Source: a virus
Taxonomy: Duplodnaviria; Heunggongvirae; Uroviricota; Caudoviricetes
DNA: 11,799 nt
Virus record (IMG/VR): IMGVR_UViG_2778261689_000009
Span: 1 to 11,799 of that record
Strand: one strand, 5' to 3'
The first letter of the stretch is position 1. Each line of letters opens with the position of its first letter. Position numbers and translations under genes: made by a program. Below the pieces are notes generated by a model, which ran no database searches, was not told where the DNA came from, and saw only the letters and a program-made list of their open reading frames with translations. Positions 1-7,335 of the stretch are shown piece after piece.

Positions 1-432
1 CATTTGATCATATGACAAGATGTGTATCCACCTTAACTTAATGATTTTTACCAAAATCATTAGGGGATTCATCAGCACCAAGCCTATTCTGATAATATCC
101 TTATTGAGTTCTTTATGGATATCAACCACACTATCGAAAACTTCTTGAAACAAATGTAAGTCTACCTCTTGCTCAGAATCCATACGTTCAAAAAACAAAT
201 CACATCTCTGCAGTGAGCATTGAACTCTAAATTTATTATCTATAGAAAACAATTGGAGACGAGGAATCTCTGGTGGGGTATCCATAGGTAAAACGCCCAA
301 CATCATATTGTTTGTTAATTCAATACCTGCCTTCTTTTTAAAAGTTTGCCTAATAAAATACGACATTCCATCGAAATCGACAGTCGTTGATGAATCGTAA
401 AAAAATACCATTTGTAACTGTATGATTTTCAT
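1..432 (-). CDS. Hypothetical protein, AT-rich accessory gene, C-terminally truncated by the window edge (at least 144 aa)
   Basis: Not in the ORF track because it has no in-window stop. Reverse-complement ATG at 430-432 opens a frame that runs uninterrupted to position 1 (MKIIQLQMVFFYDSSTTVDFDGMSYF...). The region is visibly AT-rich compared with neighbouring P. It lies downstream of P, where lambda has ren. No recognisable family. Confidence 0.45.
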   Translation of the reverse strand, partial: MKIIQLQMVFFYDSSTTVDFDGMSYFIRQTFKKKAGIELTNNMMLGVLPMDTPPEIPRLQLFSIDNKFRVQCSLQRCDLFFERMDSEQEVDLHLFQEVFDSVVDIHKELNKDIIRIGLVLMNPLMILVKIIKLRWIHILSYDQM

Positions 433-584
433 CCTATATTCCAGGTTTCAGCAATTTAAATTTGGCGCATTATTCTAGCTTACAACAGCAACATTTTTGA
501 AGGGCTTTGCTAAAACTTTTATTCTCAGTGGCATTAATTTCAACCAATAGGACCTGAACAGAAAAAAACATAAAAATCAATGCA

Positions 585-1307
585 TTATTTCGAAATCTTT
601 TTATATAATGCTTTTCCCCCTTTCAGCCCAAACTTAGCTTTGATTTCTGCGATCTTCGCCAGAGCCTGTGCACGATTTAGAGGTCTACCGCCCATGACAG
701 GAAGCTGTTTTACTGGTTCAGGTATCGCCTCACCACGGTTAATTCGCGCGGTCATACAGGACAGTTCATCGGCAGCCTTGCGCCGTAATTCCGCATCAGT
801 AAGCGCATTGGCCCGCATGTTCTGGTACAGGTTGGTAACCAGCCAGTAGTGCGCGTTTGATTTCCATGGATAAGACTCTGCGTCCGGATACAGGCCACGC
901 TTCCGGCAATACTCGTAAACCATATCAACCAGCTCGCTGGCGTTTGGCAGCCCGGCGGTAACGGATGCTTCTTCCCGGCACCAGGCAACAAACTGCCCGG
1001 GTGATGGCAGGAATGGTCGATTCTGCCGACGGGCTACGCGCATTCCTGCGTTAACCTGTTCCATCGTGGTGATCCCGTTTTCCCGGAAAGCCAGAACCCA
1101 CTGGCGGCGGATTTCGTTCAGTTCGTTCTGGTCCCGGTTAGCCAGGCTCGCCGGGAAAGTTGCCAGTAACTGGCTGAACACACCATTGATGATCTGCGCT
1201 ACCTGTTGTACCTGCGGCTTTTCGTCGTACTGTTCCGGCATGTTGTTGGCGATCCGGCGCATCTGCTCACGGTCAAAGTTAACCATCTGTGCGGCGATGT
1301 TTTTCAT
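585..1307 (-). CDS. P: Replication protein P (DnaB helicase loader), lambda P-like
   Basis: 240-aa translation MKNIAAQMVNFDREQMRRIANNMPEQYDEKPQVQQ... matches lambda P over almost the whole length as I recall it; the last ~10 residues differ. Start overlaps the O stop in an ATGA (rev-comp of 1304-1307). Confidence 0.9.
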   Translation of the reverse strand: MKNIAAQMVNFDREQMRRIANNMPEQYDEKPQVQQVAQIINGVFSQLLATFPASLANRDQNELNEIRRQWVLAFRENGITTMEQVNAGMRVARRQNRPFLPSPGQFVAWCREEASVTAGLPNASELVDMVYEYCRKRGLYPDAESYPWKSNAHYWLVTNLYQNMRANALTDAELRRKAADELSCMTARINRGEAIPEPVKQLPVMGGRPLNRAQALAKIAEIKAKFGLKGGKALYKKISK

Positions 1308-2233
1308 AAATCCACCCCGTAAATCCAGTCAGTGTTTGTCAGGTCGAGTTTTGATTTTCCGGCTGTCACGCCAGCCTGTTGCTTGTTACGGTTGATTTCG
1401 AGTTGGGTCCACTTGTCGCGGAGTTTGGCCGGACTTAGCACGTTACCGGACCAGAAGTTGTCCTGGCATGCCCAGCGGAACAGTACACACATATCGCGGT
1501 GGTTACGTCCGTCACGTTCACGCATCAGGCGGATATCGTTAGCCCACCCTGCAAAATTCGGTTTTCTGGCTGATGGCGCGATGGTCTTCACCATGTCAAA
1601 CATCCACTCTGCGGCGGTCAGGTCTTCTGCTGTCCCCCACCTGCTGCCGCTCTGAATTGCAGCATCTGGTTTCTCCACAGGAAGATCGTTTTCTGGTTGG
1701 TCAGAGGATTCGCCAGAATTCTCGGACGAAAAAGGTTTTATATTGTCTTTTGTTAGTTTGTCTTTTGTGTTTACCTGATTCGGGTAAACGCCTTTACCTG
1801 ATTTGGGTAAACTTTTCTTACCTGATTCAGGTAAATTTACCTCTTTCAGGTAAACTTTATTTTTCTTACCTGATTCGGGTAATGTTGACCATTCACTGAC
1901 CACATTATTAATGCCTATATTCCGCCCGCTCTGAATAAAAATCCCACGCTTTACCAGAGCACTTTTTGCAGCAGAACACTTGTGCGGCAATATCCCGGTC
2001 AACTCGGAAAGTTGCTCGTTGCTCACCCAATCCAGTTTTTTATTAAAGCCATATGTTTTGCGCATGACAGCCAGAAAGACCAGAAGCTGGTGCTGTGTTA
2101 ATCCGGCCAGCATCACAGCTTCCAGCAACTCATTTGCAATGCGCGTATAACCATCATCGAGATCTGCCACGCGCGGCTCCTTTTGTGCCGCATCCGGCAC
2201 TGGAAAATTGAATATCTCAGCAGTGTTTGCCAT
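1304..2233 (-). CDS. O: Replication initiator protein O, lambda O-like
   Basis: Similarity to lambda O begins at MANTAEIFNF...VADLDDGY; ATG at 2233-2231 is preceded by GGGAGG (rev-comp of 2238-2243). The track ORF extends to an ATG at 2323 that overlaps the upstream gene's stop (ATGA), so a 339-aa form is possible. Iteron-encoded repeats LPESGKK/LPKSGK lie mid-protein. Confidence 0.85.
   Translation of the reverse strand: MANTAEIFNFPVPDAAQKEPRVADLDDGYTRIANELLEAVMLAGLTQHQLLVFLAVMRKTYGFNKKLDWVSNEQLSELTGILPHKCSAAKSALVKRGIFIQSGRNIGINNVVSEWSTLPESGKKNKVYLKEVNLPESGKKSLPKSGKGVYPNQVNTKDKLTKDNIKPFSSENSGESSDQPENDLPVEKPDAAIQSGSRWGTAEDLTAAEWMFDMVKTIAPSARKPNFAGWANDIRLMRERDGRNHRDMCVLFRWACQDNFWSGNVLSPAKLRDKWTQLEINRNKQQAGVTAGKSKLDLTNTDWIYGVDL
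1772..1882. repeat. Replication origin iterons: five copies of a ~16-bp palindromic TACCTGATTCGGGTAA-like repeat, flanked by an AT-rich tract at ~1735-1770
   Basis: Copies at 1772-1787, 1795-1810, 1819-1834, 1838-1853 (diverged) and 1867-1882, each of TACC...GGTA form, inside the O coding sequence as in ori-lambda. The adjacent T-rich tract tattgtcttttgttagtttgtcttttgtg fits a DNA-unwinding element. Confidence 0.75.
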
Positions 2234-2319
2234 AATTCCTCCCGCAATGAGTGCATTACGATTTGCACCTGAAAGTCGGTTCTGTTCCCGCAGACCGGCT
2301 TTCGCCATTTCTGAACCTG

Positions 2320-2865
2320 TCATATTGCCCCCAGCATGGTGGTAACCATCGCCATCAATGGACCAGCCAGATCAGGATCCACACGAAACATCGACACAAT
2401 GCCTTCACTCATCTCCTTCAGTTTCTGGTGGCGTGGTGCGTTGAGAATGACCGCCTGTTTTGCCTCGCTGAGCTCCTTTTCCATTTCAGCCAGTCGAGCC
2501 ATGAAGCTATCCTGCTCAACCAGGTGGCCGCGATATTTCAGCGGTAGTACTGCCAGAATTGCTGGAGTCAGTTCACGCACGTTATTTCGGTATTTTTCAG
2601 AATCGAATTTGTTATCGAGAAAGCGGAACAGCTTCTGGCGTGCACGACTGACATCATCAGGAAAATCGATAGTGCCGCCGCCCTGTGCTCGATACTCATT
2701 CACAATGAGTGCGGCAACAACATCCTGATTATCTGCAGCCGACCAGGCGCGGACGGCATCACGGATTTTTTCGTGGCCTGGAGCTTGTTTTGTTTGAGAA
2801 CGATTTATCACCGCAGTCGGGCTAAATCCGCTAGTCTGTTGGTATGTAAGTGGTTGCATAGTCAT
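2320..2865 (-). CDS. YdaT-like protein (Rac-prophage type) occupying the cII position
   Basis: 181-aa ORF between the Cro-like gene and O, same strand. From memory it shares short motifs with E. coli Rac YdaT (EYRAQGGG, LTPAILAVLP); unverified. Its stop overlaps an ATG at 2323 (ATGA). Confidence 0.55.
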   Translation of the reverse strand: MTMQPLTYQQTSGFSPTAVINRSQTKQAPGHEKIRDAVRAWSAADNQDVVAALIVNEYRAQGGGTIDFPDDVSRARQKLFRFLDNKFDSEKYRNNVRELTPAILAVLPLKYRGHLVEQDSFMARLAEMEKELSEAKQAVILNAPRHQKLKEMSEGIVSMFRVDPDLAGPLMAMVTTMLGAI

Positions 2866-2889
2866 TGCCTTATCAGTTAACGCCGCAGT

Positions 2890-3117
2890 TTAGGCGGCAG
2901 AATTACTCGCGTTAAACAATGGTGCGAGGTCGGGACGAATATCTGCTGGTTTAATCTTTCCACCAGTGGCTGAGACAATTTTCATTACATAGCGGGCATC
3001 AATTCCGCCACCGTGTAGCCAACGCCAAACAGTGGGTTGGGCTACACCGCATAGATCTGCCAGTCGTTTTTGACTACCTGTAATACTGATTGCGAGTTGA
3101 ATGGTTTGATTTGTCAT
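2890..3117 (-). CDS. Cro-like helix-turn-helix regulator (YdaS/Cro family)
   Basis: Small HTH protein (MTNQTIQLAISITGSQKRLADLCGVAQPTVWRWLHGG...) divergent from the CI-like repressor. The track uses a TTG at 3123; the ATG at 3117-3115 with an upstream AGGA is preferred. Confidence 0.75.
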   Translation of the reverse strand: MTNQTIQLAISITGSQKRLADLCGVAQPTVWRWLHGGGIDARYVMKIVSATGGKIKPADIRPDLAPLFNASNSAA

Positions 3118-3123
3118 TATCAA

Positions 3124-3227
3124 TTCCTATTGGTATTGCAATGAACAAATAATAGCAATGCGTATTAACCATAGCAATAGCAAAACGTGTTTTGACCATC
3201 GATACGCAAGCGTATAAATTAAAACTT
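3124..3227. promoter_or_regulatory. oR-like immunity control region with divergent promoters: pR-like (minus; -35 TTGCTA rev-comp of 3172-3177, 17-bp spacer, -10 TATTAT rev-comp of 3149-3154) and pRM-like (plus; -35 TTGACC 3192-3197, -10 ATAAAT 3214-3219)
   Basis: Hexamers and spacers read directly from the sequence. Repeated ATAGCAAT motifs (3152-3159, 3171-3178), palindromic ATTGCAAT (3135-3142) and near-palindrome CAATGCGTATTA (3156-3167) are candidate operators; the same motifs recur at 4926-5000. Confidence 0.5.
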
Positions 3228-3920
3228 ATGAAAAAAGAAACTCTTGCTGATCGCTTAAACCTAGCGATGGAACAATCTGGAATGTCTCAAGGCGCTCTTG
3301 CAAAGGCGTCTGGTGTAGCTCAACCCACAATCTGGAGACTGACAAGCGGCAATGCACGCGGATCTACAAGAATTGTCGAAATCGCTAATGCACTTGGGGT
3401 TCGCACTGAATGGCTTTCCTCAGGCATAGGCCCTATGAGGGATAATGGCGTTCAGCCAGGAAAACCGGCGACCTGCTCTTCCAAATACTTCAAGATTGAC
3501 GTTCTTGATATGGAAGTAAGTGCAGGGCCAGGCGTCATTAACCGTGAGTTCGTTGAAGTTTTGCGATCGGTTGAGTACTCCCATGATGATGCGCGTCACA
3601 TGTTTGATGGCCGCAAAGCAGAAAACATCCGCATCATTAACGTGCGTGGCGACAGCATGTCAGGAACGATCGAACCAGGTGACCTGCTGTTCGTCGATAT
3701 CAGCGTCAAATCGTTCGACGGCGATGGGATTTATGCGTTCCTCTACGACGAAACCGCTCATGTAAAACGTCTGCAAATGATGAAGGATAAGCTGCTGGTT
3801 ATCTCTGATAACAAGAGCTACTCACCGTGGGACCCGATCGAGAAAGACGAGATGAACCGAGTGTTCATCTTCGGGAAAGTCATCGGGAGCATGCCGCAGA
3901 CGTACAGGAAGCATGGATAA
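3228..3920 (+). CDS. CI-like prophage repressor: N-terminal HTH plus C-terminal LexA/S24 autopeptidase domain
   Basis: HTH segment MSQGALAKASGVAQPTIWRL; candidate Ala-Gly cleavage site in EVSAGPGV; S24 catalytic motifs VRGDSMSGTIEPGDLLFVD and HVKRL. Start taken as ATG 3228 (the track's 3192 is a TTG), which lies ~8 nt after the putative -10. Confidence 0.9.
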   Translation: MKKETLADRLNLAMEQSGMSQGALAKASGVAQPTIWRLTSGNARGSTRIVEIANALGVRTEWLSSGIGPMRDNGVQPGKPATCSSKYFKIDVLDMEVSAGPGVINREFVEVLRSVEYSHDDARHMFDGRKAENIRIINVRGDSMSGTIEPGDLLFVDISVKSFDGDGIYAFLYDETAHVKRLQMMKDKLLVISDNKSYSPWDPIEKDEMNRVFIFGKVIGSMPQTYRKHG

Positions 3921-3995
3921 AAATCTTGCTATTTATATTCATGAATACCTGCCCCCTGATTAACTCCACGCATCACTTGATATAAGGCACCAAAA

Positions 3996-4394
3996 ATGAG
4001 TAATGATGACAAATCTGTAAGTGATGAAGTATCTGATTTTCATAATAAAGTGAAAAATATTACAACCGCTCAATTTTCTGCATATTTAAAGCATGTTGGG
4101 GCAAATCATAACTGCTTATCTTGCGGTAAGGCTGAACTTATAGCAGTGCAAGACTGGCATTGGGATAAATTCAACAGCAAGGAAGGGAAAACAGATCTTA
4201 ATAATATTGAAAAATATACTGTTTTAAGGCTTTACAAGGTTGATGCTCCACATAGTAATGAGCAATGGAATATGACAAAAGAAAACCTAATGGATTATGA
4301 GTTTAGAGTGATATGCAAACATTGCGGATTCGTTACAAGTTATTTGGCATGGCTTGTTTTCTACTGGCTAAAGAATAACGAAGTTGACCAATAA
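3996..4394 (+). CDS. Hypothetical protein with two CxxCG knuckles (possible zinc ribbon); first gene of the immunity-region cassette
   Basis: 132-aa ORF with Cys40/Cys43 (CLSCG) and Cys107/Cys110 (CKHCG), an acidic N-terminus and an aromatic-rich C-terminus (YLAWLVFYWL). Clearly AT-rich relative to the flanking repressor and Red genes. Weak AAGG upstream. No recognisable family. Confidence 0.6.
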   Translation: MSNDDKSVSDEVSDFHNKVKNITTAQFSAYLKHVGANHNCLSCGKAELIAVQDWHWDKFNSKEGKTDLNNIEKYTVLRLYKVDAPHSNEQWNMTKENLMDYEFRVICKHCGFVTSYLAWLVFYWLKNNEVDQ

Positions 4395-4414
4395 TGACAT
4401 CCGGGCCAGAATAA

Positions 4415-4807
4415 ATGAATCCTTTTGATAATATTGCTCCTCTTTTCCCTGAGGGGGATGATAGAAATAACCATAAAAACGGTGGTAGTGATGGTGGGGG
4501 GAATGGCATGCTCGAGGTCAGAGTTGCAAAACTTGAAGCCGACGTTGAAAACATCAAGATAAACTTAGCGGAAACTCGCGCGGATGTGAGAGAGCTGACA
4601 AAAATTACCTCTTCTATAAAAACTGATGTTTCTACGATACTTCAAAAACTTGTAGATATTGACGAAAAGTTATCTCATAAAGCAAGTAAGGATTTTGTCG
4701 AAGTAAAAACAGGTAATTTAAAGGCTTGGATGCTCGGAATTCTTCTCTTATCCGTTGCAATGCCAGTCATAACTTTGCTCGTAAATTTATACATGAAAAA
4801 AACATAA
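4415..4807 (+). CDS. Hypothetical coiled-coil protein with a single C-terminal transmembrane helix (tail-anchored; XhlA-like architecture)
   Basis: Gly-rich N-terminus (GGSDGGGNG), heptad-like central region (LEVRVAKLEADVENIKINLAETRADVRELTKI...) and hydrophobic C-terminus AWMLGILLLSVAMPVITLLVNLYMKKT. An internal ATG at 4508 preceded by a GGGGGGAA run is an alternative start (99 aa). Confidence 0.6.
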   Translation: MNPFDNIAPLFPEGDDRNNHKNGGSDGGGNGMLEVRVAKLEADVENIKINLAETRADVRELTKITSSIKTDVSTILQKLVDIDEKLSHKASKDFVEVKTGNLKAWMLGILLLSVAMPVITLLVNLYMKKT

Positions 4808-4832
4808 CCCGGCCACCGCGCCGGGTTTTCTT
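4808..4832 (+). terminator. Rho-independent terminator closing the cassette
   Basis: GC stem CCCGGC (4808-4813) / GCCGGG (4820-4825) with a 6-nt loop, then TTTTCTT, immediately after the stop at 4805-4807. An A-run at 4793-4799 could allow bidirectional function. Confidence 0.65.
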
Positions 4833-4925
4833 CCCCCCTTCCCCAACACACTCAACGTCTAAAAAACAACCACAATCTCACTTCAGCTATCGCTACGCGA
4901 TGCAAACCACAAAATAAATTCTTTT

Positions 4926-5003
4926 TGCTATCAATGATTTAATAACCAATCGCATCAAGCAATAACAATACGTATTGATATAGCCAATAGCAATAGCTAT
5001 TAT
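4926..5003 (+). promoter_or_regulatory. oL/pL-like region: candidate pL (-35 TTGATA 4975-4980, 17-bp spacer, -10 TATTAT 4998-5003) overlapped by operator-like repeats
   Basis: Perfect 12-bp palindrome CAATACGTATTG (4966-4977), ATAGCAAT (4987-4994) and TTGCTAT (4926-4932) match the motifs at 3135-3178. The promoter faces the gam-bet-exo-xis-int genes. Confidence 0.5.
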
Positions 5004-5288
5004 CATTCCATCGCAACGACACAGCGATGGGGCAACCACCAGTTCACCCGCTTCACCGTTGCGATGACCGCTTAGATCCGCAGCTTGAATTTCAGCAGGT
5101 TCCGGGGAGTGCGAGGGGTGAAACGGACGTGTGAACGTCGGTGTGACCATCTGGAATCAACTCAACACTTCATACCTCAGTCGCTTCACCGAGGCGGCTT
5201 AGTTATGACTAACGGCGGCCATCCACCGCCAGATTAAGCGCAGAAGTCTTCATATGTTCAGCAGCCCAGCTTACGGGCAGGAGTTTTT

Positions 5289-5495
5289 ATGGTTCATCAA
5301 CATTACGGCACTCAGACCGTCAATCGCGGTGCCGTCCGGCCAGGAATGCTGGTTAAGCACAAAGATGGCACCTGGACAGCATCAGCTAATTTACGCGGTC
5401 GGCTTTATCTACACCGCGGTATCGAGCGCACCTACACCCGTGATTTGCTCGTAGAAGTTTTTCTCGATGGGCGCGGCAACGGCCTGAATCACTAA
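5289..5495 (+). CDS. Hypothetical small protein in the kil position, immediately upstream of gam
   Basis: 68-aa ORF with a good RBS (AGGAG, 5 nt before the ATG at 5289). I do not recognise it as lambda Kil or N. The overlapping 5254 frame lacks an RBS. Confidence 0.5.
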   Translation: MVHQHYGTQTVNRGAVRPGMLVKHKDGTWTASANLRGRLYLHRGIERTYTRDLLVEVFLDGRGNGLNH

Positions 5496-5570
5496 TCCCC
5501 TTTCCTGTTTTCCTAATCAGCCTGGCATTTCGCTGGCGATATTTTCACAGCCATTTTCAGGAGTTCAGCC

Positions 5571-5867
5571 ATGAACGCTTATTACATTCAGGATCGTCTT
5601 GAGGCTCAGAGCTGGGCGCGTCACTACCAGCAGATCGCCCGTGAAGAGAAAGAGGCAGAACTGGCAGACGACATGGAAAAAGGCCTGCCCCAGCACCTAT
5701 TTGAATCGCTATGCATCGATCATTTGCAACGCCACGGGGCCAGCAAAAAAGCCATTACCCGTGCGTTCGATGACGATGTTGAGTTTCAGGAGCGCATGGC
5801 AGAACACATCAGGTACATGGTTGAAACCATTGCTCACCACCAGGTTGATATTGATTCAGAGGTATAA
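5571..5867 (+). CDS. gam: Gam, host RecBCD nuclease inhibitor (lambda Red gamma, short form)
   Basis: Translation [60 protein letters not shown]...[10 protein letters not shown] is nearly identical to lambda GamS from memory; AGGAG RBS upstream. Confidence 0.92.
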   Translation: MNAYYIQDRLEAQSWARHYQQIAREEKEAELADDMEKGLPQHLFESLCIDHLQRHGASKKAITRAFDDDVEFQERMAEHIRYMVETIAHHQVDIDSEV

Positions 5868-5872
5868 AACGG

Positions 5873-6658
5873 ATGAGTACAGCACTCGCAACGCTGGCTG
5901 GGAAGCTGGCTGAACGTGTCGGCATGGATTCTGTCGACCCACAGGAACTGATCACCACTCTTCGCCAGACGGCATTTAAAGGTGATGCCAGCGATGCGCA
6001 GTTCATCGCATTGTTGATCGTCGCCAACCAGTACGGCCTTAATCCGTGGACGAAAGAAATTTACGCCTTCCCTGATAAGCAGAACGGCATCGTTCCGGTG
6101 GTGGGCGTTGATGGCTGGTCCCGCATCATCAATGAAAACCAGCAGTTTGATGGCATGGACTTTGAGCAGGACAATGAATCCTGTACATGCCGGATTTACC
6201 GCAAGGACCGTAATCATCCGATCTGCGTTACCGAGTGGATGGATGAATGCCGCCGCGAACCATTCAAAACCCGCGAAGGCAGAGAAATCACCGGACCGTG
6301 GCAGTCGCATCCCAAACGGATGTTACGGCATAAAGCCATGATTCAGTGTGCCCGTCTGGCCTTCGGATTTGCGGGTATCTATGACAAGGATGAAGCCGAG
6401 CGCATTGTCGAAAATACCGCATACACTGCAGAACGTCAGCCGGAACGCGACATCACTCCGGTTAACGATGAAACCATGCAGGAGATTAACACTCTGCTGA
6501 TCGCCCTGGATAAAACATGGGATGACGACTTATTGCCGCTCTGTTCCCAGATATTTCGCCGCGACATTCGCGCATCGTCAGAACTGACACAGGCCGAAGC
6601 AGTGAAAGCTCTTGGATTCCTGAAACAGAAAGCCACTGAGCAGAAGGTGGTAGCATGA
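5873..6658 (+). CDS. bet: Bet, single-strand annealing protein (lambda Red beta)
   Basis: 261-aa translation [66 protein letters not shown]... matches lambda Beta essentially end to end; its stop overlaps the exo ATG (ATGA at 6655-6658). Confidence 0.95.
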   Translation: MSTALATLAGKLAERVGMDSVDPQELITTLRQTAFKGDASDAQFIALLIVANQYGLNPWTKEIYAFPDKQNGIVPVVGVDGWSRIINENQQFDGMDFEQDNESCTCRIYRKDRNHPICVTEWMDECRREPFKTREGREITGPWQSHPKRMLRHKAMIQCARLAFGFAGIYDKDEAERIVENTAYTAERQPERDITPVNDETMQEINTLLIALDKTWDDDLLPLCSQIFRRDIRASSELTQAEAVKALGFLKQKATEQKVVA

Positions 6659-7335
6659 CACCGGACATTATCCTGCAGCGTACCGGGATCGACGTGAGAG
6701 CTGTCGAACAGGGGGATGATGCATGGCACAAATTACGGCTCGGCGTCATCACTGCTTCAGAAGTTCACAACGTGATAGCAAAGCCCCGCTCAGGAAAGAA
6801 GTGGCCTGACATGAAAATGTCCTACTTCCACACCCTGCTGGCTGAGGTTTGCACCGGTGTGGCTCCGGAAGTTAACGCTAAAGCGCTGGCATGGGGAAAA
6901 CAGTACGAGAACGACGCCAGAACCCTGTTTGAGTTCACTTCCGGCGTAAATGTTATTGAATCCCCGATCATCTATCGCGACGAAAGTATGCGCACCGCCT
7001 GCTCTCCCGATGGTTTATGCAGTGACGGCAATGGCCTTGAGCTGAAATGCCCGTTTACCTCCCGGGATTTCATGAAGTTCCGGCTCGGTGGTTTCGAGGC
7101 CATAAAGTCGGCTTACATGGCCCAGGTGCAGTACAGCATGTGGGTGACGCGAAAAGATGCCTGGTACTTTGCCAACTATGACCCGCGCATGAAGCGTGAA
7201 GGCCTGCATTATGTCGTGATTGAGCGGAATGAAAAGTACATGGCGAGTTTTGACGAGATGGTGCCGGAGTTCATCGAAAAAATGGACGAGGCACTGGCTG
7301 AAATTGGTTTTGTATTTGGGGAGCAATGGCGATGA
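6655..7335 (+). CDS. exo: Exo, 5'-3' dsDNA exonuclease (lambda Red alpha)
   Basis: 226-aa translation [65 protein letters not shown]...GFVFGEQWR matches lambda exonuclease with a few substitutions. Confidence 0.95.
   Translation: MTPDIILQRTGIDVRAVEQGDDAWHKLRLGVITASEVHNVIAKPRSGKKWPDMKMSYFHTLLAEVCTGVAPEVNAKALAWGKQYENDARTLFEFTSGVNVIESPIIYRDESMRTACSPDGLCSDGNGLELKCPFTSRDFMKFRLGGFEAIKSAYMAQVQYSMWVTRKDAWYFANYDPRMKREGLHYVVIERNEKYMASFDEMVPEFIEKMDEALAEIGFVFGEQWR

Noticed and set aside
1772-1882. Short direct repeats that could be mistaken for a CRISPR array
   Set aside because: They lie inside the O coding sequence, are individually palindromic (TACC...GGTA) with irregular short spacing, and match the organisation of lambdoid ori iterons.
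1066-1899. Plus-strand ORFs 1066-1395, 1332-1655 and 1573-1899
   Set aside because: Antisense to the well-supported P and O genes; the last one spans the iterons.
2234-2323. 30-codon N-terminal extension of O from the ATG at 2323
   Set aside because: Similarity to lambda O starts at the ATG at 2233, which has a GGAGG RBS. Kept as an alternative because of the ATGA overlap with the upstream gene.
2251-2728. Plus-strand ORFs 2251-2547 and 2336-2728
   Set aside because: Antisense to the YdaT-like gene and the O start; no RBS.
3192-3227. TTG start at 3192 for the repressor, as used by the ORF track
   Set aside because: It would place the start inside the promoter hexamers; the ATG at 3228 fits a leaderless pRM-type transcript and the start of the HTH domain.
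4893-5150. 85-aa minus-strand ORF from the track
   Set aside because: It overlaps the operator/promoter and leader region, has no RBS and opposes local transcription. More likely non-coding.
5004-5288. Search for a lambda N-like antiterminator gene and boxA/boxB nut site downstream of pL
   Set aside because: No arginine-rich ORF and no convincing CGCTCTTA boxA found; reported instead as a structured leader of unknown function.
5254-5454. 66-aa plus-strand ORF overlapping the kil-position gene
   Set aside because: No RBS, whereas the overlapping 5289 frame has a canonical AGGAG.
5834-7326. Antisense ORFs inside gam/bet/exo (5834-6310, 6436-6752, 7015-7326 on minus; 6108-6341 on plus)
   Set aside because: They fall within near-lambda-identical Red coding sequences in other frames or on the opposite strand; chance frames in GC-balanced DNA.
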